16,985 nt of DNA, taken from Candidatus Rifleibacteriota bacterium. Lineage in GTDB: Bacteria > Muiribacteriota > Ozemobacteria > Ozemobacterales > Ozemobacteraceae. The position numbers were made by a program, and so were the translations under genes. Under the pieces are notes generated by a model, which searched no databases, was not told the origin of the DNA, and saw only the letters and a program-made list of their open reading frames with translations. Location of the stretch: assembly GCA_051747585.1 (NCBI GenBank), contig JBNJGH010000074.1, forward strand, positions 1 through 16,985, given 5' to 3'. Of the stretch, positions 8,240 through 15,078 are shown one piece after another. Every line of letters starts with the position of its first letter. The stretch's first letter is position 1.

Positions 8240-10495
8240 TTAGTTGTCGACAGTAAAATTGTTGACTAATTCAAGCTTCTTTCCCTCTAAAACATCTTTA
8301 TTTTTAATTTGTATTTTGGCTTTAATAAGCTCGCCCGCCTTCGTAAATGCCACTTTGTAGTGATCGGAAGTTTTGATTCTACCGGAATGGTATGCATTGG
8401 AATAAGGAACTCTGATAGAAAATTGTCCATCAGCGTCGGCTTGAACTCTACGCTTGTATAACTGCTCGACTTTATCAAATTTGCATTGCAAAGATAAAAC
8501 TACCTCTGTATAAGGGTCTACTTTACCGGTAATTTCACAGCCTGACACAAACTCATAAATCAAAATATCAGGAGGCGCAAACCTGTTTAACTGCGATGAA
8601 GAAAAAACAATTCTAAAATGAGAAGTCGGTTTTTTGAATTCTCCTGCAGTTTTTATTGCAACCTGCCCACTTAACCAGTGATGGAAGCTATCTATGTAAA
8701 GATGATTTTCATTCTTTTGTGCTTTTTTACCATAAGCATAACTGAATCGGTCGACAGGGCTGCCAGGCAGATTTTTATATATATGCATCATGTCGATAGC
8801 TTTATCATCAATAGTTCTATCTCGAATATATACATATCTAACCTTATATTTTTCACAAAATTTAACCGCTTCATTTTCATTTTCTGCCGAAAAAATTTGC
8901 GCCATTTTCTTGTAGCCTCTTAACGTGTTCCCAACCAGAACCGGACGCCTTGCATAGTAAGAAATTGCATTTCCTTCATCCCAGTAGCACAAAATCCCAT
9001 ACTCGGGTTTCTCAGTATCTTTATACCCTGAAGTTTCGGGAGTATTTTTTCTTATCCAGTTAAAGGACTCAATTTTGTTTTTTGATATAAACCTGTTGTT
9101 GTTAAAAAATATCGCAAAGCTTAAGATAAAAAATATAATCATATAAGGCAAAGAAGCAGCTATAACTTTTACGACTTTATTATTTTTTAGTTTTCCTCTG
9201 CTTAATTTAATTTTGTCTATTACATAAATAACGACCAAATAAATAGCACAACCGTTAAATAAAACTGGAAGAGCTCCAAACCAACGAATAAACCTCACCG
9301 AAAACATTGCCAGCAAACTGATAATAATAAACCAGTCTAAAATTACTTTGCCCCCGCCGTTAAATAACTTACCCGGATTTAAAATAAATATTAAAGGAAA
9401 AAGAAGAAGCCCGGGTCCCATGAATACAAAAGTTTTGAAGAATTCCAACGGTTTAATAAAAATCTGATCTGGTTTAAAAGCCGGGCGAAGCTCACTTATA
9501 GTAGACATCATTGGTTCATTGGCCGTTAGAAAACTGAACCCATAAAGAATCTGGTCGCCAAAAAGCAACCACATTGCAAAACCAGTAGCAACAGCTATAA
9601 AAATCATTAGCAAACTAAGTTTTTTAAAGCCAATTCGTCGGACCGAGTTAAGATAATCGACTAATTTAAAAAATATTCCGGCAATAAAAACAGTAGAAAC
9701 ATGAAAAAAATTAAAACCCTCTATTTCAAAAAGAATTTCATTTTTGGGAAGCGTAAGTATCACTGCCAAAATTGAGCCAATTACCAAAGAGGCTGAAATA
9801 TATTCATTGTAAGCTTGAGAGATTTTGCTTCTGGAAAAAATTAGATAGAGACCATAAATAGAAGCAAACAAATAAAATAACGGTGCTCCCTGCCAGGTCG
9901 ACAAAAACAGCATGGTAACCAGACCTGAAGCTATTACCAACCATACTTTTCTGGTATGACAAAAAACTGCCGCCAAAACCAGCCATAACTGGATAAAAAA
10001 TGCATTTAGAAAATGATAATCAATAACTAAATAATCAAAAACCATCAATGAATAATAGCCAGGTGCGGCCGCAAAGGCTACTGCAAGACATAAACCAGGT
10101 GAGCCGGTTTGATACCAGCAAAAGATGACCATGATTAAACTACAAAGCCAACCGACAACCGGCGGAATCCAACCTATAATATAATCAGTATCAATGGTGG
10201 ACTCTGGAAAAAAATAAAAATAAAGATCCGTAACCCCAAGTAAAAATTTCAAATGGAAAGGCGGGAAATCATTTTTTAATTCCGAAGGGAAACAACTATA
10301 AGTATCTTTTTCTATAAGCTCACCCTGAAGAAGCGATTGCTCATGATAACGTAAAAAAAGCACTGAGTCAGGGTCTTGAACATGGAGCTTTCCGATCCAT
10401 GGATACGCCTCAAAAATACCGCTGAAAAACATGAACAAATTTACTAGAAGAACCAAAAATACTGGCAAGATGTATATTTTACTTTTTTTTTTCAT
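8240..10495 (-). CDS. STT3-family oligosaccharyltransferase (AglB-like)
   Basis: 751 aa, about 13 TM helices plus soluble C-domain. DPD in first loop, DYH, TISE (TIXE motif), VRF, WIRKNTPET, YGILCYWDEGN (WWDxG variant), YYARRPV, KYKVRYVY; C-terminal beta-rich tail YKRRVQADADGQFSIRVPYS. Confidence 0.88.
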   Translation of the reverse strand: MKKKSKIYILPVFLVLLVNLFMFFSGIFEAYPWIGKLHVQDPDSVLFLRYHEQSLLQGELIEKDTYSCFPSELKNDFPPFHLKFLLGVTDLYFYFFPESTIDTDYIIGWIPPVVGWLCSLIMVIFCWYQTGSPGLCLAVAFAAAPGYYSLMVFDYLVIDYHFLNAFFIQLWLVLAAVFCHTRKVWLVIASGLVTMLFLSTWQGAPLFYLFASIYGLYLIFSRSKISQAYNEYISASLVIGSILAVILTLPKNEILFEIEGFNFFHVSTVFIAGIFFKLVDYLNSVRRIGFKKLSLLMIFIAVATGFAMWLLFGDQILYGFSFLTANEPMMSTISELRPAFKPDQIFIKPLEFFKTFVFMGPGLLLFPLIFILNPGKLFNGGGKVILDWFIIISLLAMFSVRFIRWFGALPVLFNGCAIYLVVIYVIDKIKLSRGKLKNNKVVKVIAASLPYMIIFFILSFAIFFNNNRFISKNKIESFNWIRKNTPETSGYKDTEKPEYGILCYWDEGNAISYYARRPVLVGNTLRGYKKMAQIFSAENENEAVKFCEKYKVRYVYIRDRTIDDKAIDMMHIYKNLPGSPVDRFSYAYGKKAQKNENHLYIDSFHHWLSGQVAIKTAGEFKKPTSHFRIVFSSSQLNRFAPPDILIYEFVSGCEITGKVDPYTEVVLSLQCKFDKVEQLYKRRVQADADGQFSIRVPYSNAYHSGRIKTSDHYKVAFTKAGELIKAKIQIKNKDVLEGKKLELVNNFTVDN

Positions 10496-10527
10496 GGCTT
10501 TATTTTAAAATATTTGAAATTTAACCG

Positions 10528-10538
10528 ACTATAGCACA
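10528..10538 (-). promoter_or_regulatory. Candidate extended -10 promoter for the OST gene
   Basis: Minus strand reads TGTGcTATAGT, about 32 nt upstream of the ATG at 10495. A second TATAAT lies at 10553-10548 (minus). No good -35. Confidence 0.4.
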
Positions 10539-10577
10539 TAATATACGATTATAAAATTAAAATTGTTCGATTTAGTC

Positions 10578-10606
10578 TTGACACTGTCGATATCTGTACC
10601 TATATT
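10578..10606 (+). promoter_or_regulatory. Near-consensus sigma70 promoter of the pilin gene
   Basis: TTGACA (10578-10583), 17 bp spacer, TATATT (10601-10606); followed by SD AGGGAG (10623-10628) 8 nt before ATG 10637. Confidence 0.8.
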
Positions 10607-10636
10607 GCATGCAAGTCGAACAAGGGAGTGGATTTT

Positions 10637-11218
10637 ATGTTTAACTTAAAAAAATCTGGTTTTACCCTGATGGAAATCATGGTAGTTATCATTGTTATTG
10701 CGGTTCTGGCTTCAGTTGCCGGACCTATGATCGGTTCCATAACAGATCAAGGTAGAGCTTCTGCGACAAAATCAAAGATAAGTTCTTTAAAAAGTGCCCT
10801 CATGGCCTACAAAGCAGACGTTGGCCGTTATCCTTTTGCGGGGCCACCTAAGTGTGCAAGAAATGCCCAAGCTTACAACGATGCCTCAGACCGGCTTCTT
10901 GGCTGCTTTGAAGACACTAACATTTTAGTTAACGCAAATCTTGGCGCTGATGGCATGAGTGAAGATTTTGACATTACTAACTACACCAGAAAATGGAAAG
11001 GGCCTTATATGCAATCCGCGCCCGATGATTTTATGATGGATGCCTGGGGAAATAAAATACGCTATTCTGCCGTTGATAAAAGTGTTTACCTGCAATCAAT
11101 GGGAGCAGACATGATAGAAGAATCAATTCCTAACATGCTCGATGATGATTATGTAGAAGATATGGCAGCCGATGATATTCTTATAAGTGTGTTTCGCACA
11201 AGAGCAGCTTTTAAATAA
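10637..11218 (+). CDS. Type IV prepilin, GspG-like (pseudo)pilin; probable major subunit
   Basis: Class III signal KKSG|FTLMEIMVVIIVIAVLASVAGP with E5; YKADVGRYP, KWKGPY, DAWG, SMGAD...DDI typical of GspG. ATG 10637 preferred over GTG 10628 from SD spacing. Confidence 0.92.
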   Translation: MFNLKKSGFTLMEIMVVIIVIAVLASVAGPMIGSITDQGRASATKSKISSLKSALMAYKADVGRYPFAGPPKCARNAQAYNDASDRLLGCFEDTNILVNANLGADGMSEDFDITNYTRKWKGPYMQSAPDDFMMDAWGNKIRYSAVDKSVYLQSMGADMIEESIPNMLDDDYVEDMAADDILISVFRTRAAFK

Positions 11219-11238
11219 AATCAACATTATTTGACTTT

Positions 11239-11280
11239 AAAAAACAGGGATGTATTTATTTATACATCCTGTTTTTTTTT
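11239..11280 (+). terminator. Rho-independent terminator after the pilin (potentially bidirectional)
   Basis: AAAAAACAGGGATGTAT-loop-ATACATCCTG-T9: long stem with one bulged G, T-run on the + strand and A-run upstream. Confidence 0.85.
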
Positions 11281-11308
11281 AGAAAATGTATAGATAGAAA
11301 AGAAGTAT

Positions 11309-13180
11309 ATGGCTGAAGAAAAATTTGAAAATTTTGTCGCCGTTGACGTTGGCTCTTTCTCATTAAAGTTTGCTTATTGCGAAAAAACGGACGACGAAAA
11401 TTTCCTCTTAAAAACTCTTGCTCAGATGCCAATACCATCCTACGAGCATGAGCTGAGCGAAGATGATCTCGAAACGATGAGCAAAGACGATGTTAAAGAG
11501 CATTGTCTTAAAGAACTTCGCCAGTTTTTAACTACCCATTTAACAGAACTTCTTTATGACAACGAAATTCAGACCAAAAAGTCTATAACTTTTGCATCAA
11601 ACCGTGAGGTAACAATCAGATGCATAGAAATCCCTCCGGTTCCCGAAAAAGAGAAATTAACAGAAGCCGTAAATGCAGAAGCTAACAAGCAAATGCCCTT
11701 TTCGATGGGTAATGCAGTGCTTGGCTACCATGTTCAGGGAGACATAGTTAAAGAAGAAAAAGCACTTACTCAAATAATGGTTGCCGCCCTGCAAAAAGAT
11801 ATTATTGACTATATCGCTCAAAACCTAAAAGGTGGCGGCTTGAACAATGACGGAATTCTTACCCTGCCCCAATCTTTAGAGATTGCCCTAAAGCCTCAGA
11901 TGGAAGCCTATGCAGAGGGCGACAAAAAACTCGGCATCATTCACTGCGGAAATTCTACCACCTCGATCATGATTTATAAAAACAACAAGATTCAGTTTTT
12001 CCGCGACGTAAATATGGCCGGTTTTACAATAACCGAGGCAATATATAAGGGAGGAGAATTCGAAGAAAAAGAATACAGCTTCGAAAACATTAACGAAGCA
12101 GTAGAGCTGAAACATAAGCTTGGTGTTTTACCACCCGATGAAATAAATGAATTAAAAGGGGTAGACAAATTTGCCGCCACAAAAATATTTGAAACAGTCG
12201 AAAAAATATTTCAGCATATACAGCTGTCGATAAGCTTTTATGTATCCCAGACCGGAGAAGCGGGCCTCGATAAAATAATACTCACCGGTGGCTCTGCCGG
12301 CATGAATAATTTCAAGGAATTTATCGAAGAAAGCCTTGAGGTTCCAACAGAGTTAGGGGATCCTTTCCGAGCTCTTGAAATTGGAGAAATTAAATACGAA
12401 GAAGAAAAACGAAAAATAGATGGACCCGGACTGGCACCGATAATAGGTGTTGCACAGTACAGGGGCGAAGAAGAAATTATTAATTTTATAGATATCCTTT
12501 TTCCCAATCGCAAAAATCAAAATATTAACCTTTCAGGCGTCAGTTCAAAATTTGGAGGAGGCTTAAAAGGTAAGTTCAGTAATATTTTCCATCTTACCGA
12601 AACAAAACTTAGAATCATAGCAGTTTTACTTGGAATACTCGTTTTAAGCATTGGGCTTTACCCGGTTATCAATATACGAAAACAGGTTTCAGATTCGAAA
12701 AAAAAATTCATTCAAATGAGAAGAAAATTGAGTAATTTGCAAAATTCACAAAGAGAAGTTGCCGAATTATTGAAAGAGCAAAAGTCCCTTGAAAAATACT
12801 CAACCTTCTCCGATGGTCTGGAAAAATATAATATAAATAACTCGACTCTAGTTTTGGAAATAGCAAGCCTCACTCCCAAGGAAATTTTCCTCACAGCAGC
12901 AGAATTCAATATGAATGCCAATCCACCCTCCTTTAAATTTCTGGGACATGCCGATAATTCTGACAGTGTTTTTGAATATTTGAGTATTCTAGGAAAATCT
13001 GATTTTTTTCAAAACCCGCTGCTTGAAAACACCCAGGAAGTACCTATAGATGAAGACCGATATTTTATCAGATTTGTAATTGGTGGTAAAATCAACAAAG
13101 GTGCTTTAAAAAGAGACCCACTGGCAAAAAAAGAAGAAAAAGATCAAGAAGAAGCTCTTGACGACTTTTTTATAGACTGA
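11309..13180 (+). CDS. PilM-PilN fusion (actin-like cytoplasmic domain + TM + coiled coil + PilN periplasmic domain)
   Basis: N-terminal VAVDVGSFSLK, EANKQMPF, IQLSISFY, IILTGGSAG, VPTELGDPF (PilM). Then IINF/NINLS, one TM (IIAVLLGILVLSIGLYPVI), coiled coil, and EIASLTPKEIFLT...GHA...VFEYLSILGKSDFF (PilN). Single uninterrupted frame. Confidence 0.85.
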   Translation: MAEEKFENFVAVDVGSFSLKFAYCEKTDDENFLLKTLAQMPIPSYEHELSEDDLETMSKDDVKEHCLKELRQFLTTHLTELLYDNEIQTKKSITFASNREVTIRCIEIPPVPEKEKLTEAVNAEANKQMPFSMGNAVLGYHVQGDIVKEEKALTQIMVAALQKDIIDYIAQNLKGGGLNNDGILTLPQSLEIALKPQMEAYAEGDKKLGIIHCGNSTTSIMIYKNNKIQFFRDVNMAGFTITEAIYKGGEFEEKEYSFENINEAVELKHKLGVLPPDEINELKGVDKFAATKIFETVEKIFQHIQLSISFYVSQTGEAGLDKIILTGGSAGMNNFKEFIEESLEVPTELGDPFRALEIGEIKYEEEKRKIDGPGLAPIIGVAQYRGEEEIINFIDILFPNRKNQNINLSGVSSKFGGGLKGKFSNIFHLTETKLRIIAVLLGILVLSIGLYPVINIRKQVSDSKKKFIQMRRKLSNLQNSQREVAELLKEQKSLEKYSTFSDGLEKYNINNSTLVLEIASLTPKEIFLTAAEFNMNANPPSFKFLGHADNSDSVFEYLSILGKSDFFQNPLLENTQEVPIDEDRYFIRFVIGGKINKGALKRDPLAKKEEKDQEEALDDFFID

Positions 13181-13188
13181 GCAGAAAT

Positions 13189-13782
13189 ATGGCAGAAAAA
13201 GTAAATATAACTGAATGGCTGGCTAAAGCCAAAGAAGACCCAAAACTTGCTGCCCAGCCTCTGATTATAATTGGCGGGCTATTTTTTGCCGGCTACAAAG
13301 TGCTTTATTCACCACAAACAGTTGAGCTATTCAGACAGGAAAGAAGAACAAAAAAAGTTGTTGGTGATGTTCAACGACTAGAGTCAGCGGTTCAAAACGT
13401 CGAAGATATCAAGCTGGATATTCAGGAACAAAAAGAAGCCTGGGAAAAAGCACAGAAAAGATGCTACAAAAAGTCTGAAATGACAAAATTTTTGCGGCGT
13501 ATCCGAGAGCTTGCAAAATTGGCCGGGGTTCCCATAAAAAGTGTCAATCCCCGAGATTTATCAAAAACAAAAGTGGGGGAAATTTCCGTGGAAGAATTGC
13601 CGGTTTCTATTTTTTTTACCGGAGACCTGGTAAAGCTTGGAACTTTTCTCAGATTAATTGAAAAAGAAGACAAAATTACTTACCTCAAACTTCCTAATCT
13701 TATGCCAAATGCAAGCGGAACTTTTGAAGTAGAATTGGAACCAACAACAATACTGATACCCGACGAACTGGTGAACCCCTGA
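13189..13782 (+). CDS. pilO: PilO/GspM-like alignment protein
   Basis: N-terminal TM, coiled coil, EMTKFLRRIRELAKLAGVPIKSVNP, ELPVSIFFTGDLVKLGTFLRLIE (PilO ferredoxin-like core); position after pilMN. Confidence 0.82.
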   Translation: MAEKVNITEWLAKAKEDPKLAAQPLIIIGGLFFAGYKVLYSPQTVELFRQERRTKKVVGDVQRLESAVQNVEDIKLDIQEQKEAWEKAQKRCYKKSEMTKFLRRIRELAKLAGVPIKSVNPRDLSKTKVGEISVEELPVSIFFTGDLVKLGTFLRLIEKEDKITYLKLPNLMPNASGTFEVELEPTTILIPDELVNP

Positions 13783-14495
13783 TGAATGGCAAGCAGCTCT
13801 TTTGCCTCAGCCTTGTGATACTTTCCGTGGCCATGGGAATTCACTGGTTCAAGCATAAACCCAAAACTCGAAAAAGGCCGACCAGGCGCCCAAAAGTTGC
13901 GCTGGATATAAAAGATCTTCAAATTCAGGACGAAAACAAGCAGGGAAATGAAGAAGAAACCCCGGTTGAAGATCTTGGTGACGATAATCAAGAAGAACAA
14001 GAACAAGCTACCGAAACAGAAGAACTTCCTGACGAAACGCAGGAAACTTCTAAAGCAACCGATACCACTGAAATCGCAACAGCCTCAGATACCGAGGAAC
14101 TGCCATCCGAGCTCGACGACCCGATTATAGCTCAATTTCACAATATCAAACGAAATCCTTTTGAAAAATCACCCTATGCAGAACTGGTTGAAGAACTCAG
14201 AGCCCAGCAAGAACTCGAAAACCAGGTAGAAGAAGTAACAATAAAACCGATCGAGGTGATGAATGCTAATTTCAGCGCAACTATCAAAGCTCAAAACAAG
14301 CTGGTAGCCATAATCGACTCACGTCTTTACCGAGAAGGCGATCAATTTCAGCAAAAACCTATTACTAAAATTGAGCCTTCACTTGTAACTCTCGATACCA
14401 ATTCCACCCTTTTTCTTATACCCAAGGTTGGGGTTCAGGTTGATGTGGCAACTGACGGCACCTATACTTATCAGGATACTTTCAGAGAAAATTAA
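13782..14495 (+). CDS. PilP/GspC-like membrane-anchored periplasmic protein
   Basis: N-terminal hydrophobic anchor, basic then very acidic linker, RNPF motif, beta domain ...VAIIDSRLYREGD...ITKIEPSLVTL; between pilO and secretin; TGATG coupling with pilO. Confidence 0.65.
   Translation: MNGKQLFCLSLVILSVAMGIHWFKHKPKTRKRPTRRPKVALDIKDLQIQDENKQGNEEETPVEDLGDDNQEEQEQATETEELPDETQETSKATDTTEIATASDTEELPSELDDPIIAQFHNIKRNPFEKSPYAELVEELRAQQELENQVEEVTIKPIEVMNANFSATIKAQNKLVAIIDSRLYREGDQFQQKPITKIEPSLVTLDTNSTLFLIPKVGVQVDVATDGTYTYQDTFREN
14007..14111 (+). repeat. Intragenic peptide repeat in the acidic linker
   Basis: ATETEELPDE (14007-14036) and ASDTEELPSE (14082-14111), with a degenerate ATDTTEI (14055) between them. 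Confidence 0.6.
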
Positions 14496-14531
14496 TTACA
14501 TTTTTACCCTTGTTATTCCGATAAAGAGAAC

Positions 14532-15020
14532 ATGAGCCTTTTAAAAAAAATAATTTTCTTTTTTATTCTTTTAACTACAGCAGTTTTTTCAAGCGGCTGT
14601 ATAGAAAAAACTCTTAACCCGGAAGCTGAACTCGAAATAACAAGTGTCGAGCCTCACGCACTTTATGTAACAGCCACAGATACCGCCAGTTTACCTACAA
14701 CTGACGTTACAGTTACCTCGATAAATACAATTCCCTGCAATTTAGAGAGTTGGTGGATTAATTATTACACCAGTAGCGATGAACCTATACCCAGCCTTAA
14801 AACTATTCCAACTTCCCTGGCAGGCAAGTTGGAGGCAGAAGGCACTCTAACAATTACAACAAGCCCTTATTCAACCAGAGTTGTTGATTTGTTTGAACTT
14901 TCAGGGTCAAATATTTCTCCAATTGTCGCCGAAATGAATTTCGTATTTAAAGATTATAACGGTAACCATATAAGCAAAACAGCAAGTTGCCTTTTATTTG
15001 AACCTGATCCTGCACAATAA
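14532..15020 (+). CDS. Lipoprotein of unknown function (candidate secretin pilotin/accessory)
   Basis: MSLLKK + hydrophobic stretch + FSSG-C (Cys23, codon 14598-14600); Ser/Thr-rich, beta-rich mature part; directly upstream of the secretin. Confidence 0.7.
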   Translation: MSLLKKIIFFFILLTTAVFSSGCIEKTLNPEAELEITSVEPHALYVTATDTASLPTTDVTVTSINTIPCNLESWWINYYTSSDEPIPSLKTIPTSLAGKLEAEGTLTITTSPYSTRVVDLFELSGSNISPIVAEMNFVFKDYNGNHISKTASCLLFEPDPAQ

Positions 15021-15078
15021 GCACAAACCTGCCGATATTAGATTCGGAAACAGAATACAGGAGAAAAATTTGATAAAA

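Noticed and set aside
2267..10495. Cassette as a mobile element or anti-phage defence island
   Set aside because: No integrase, transposase, terminal or direct repeats, or nuclease/defence domains seen; the methyltransferase lacks DNA-MTase motifs such as DPPY/NPPY.
11231..11260. TTGACT as a -35 for a pilMN promoter
   Set aside because: No convincing -10 at 16-18 bp, and the region overlaps the terminator hairpin.
11239..11280. Hairpin as MITE, attC site or CRISPR repeat
   Set aside because: Single copy, with T-tail and position typical of an intrinsic terminator.
13130..13180. Acidic C-tail DDFFID resembling the SSB C-terminal motif
   Set aside because: Predicted periplasmic and too short to be more than coincidence.
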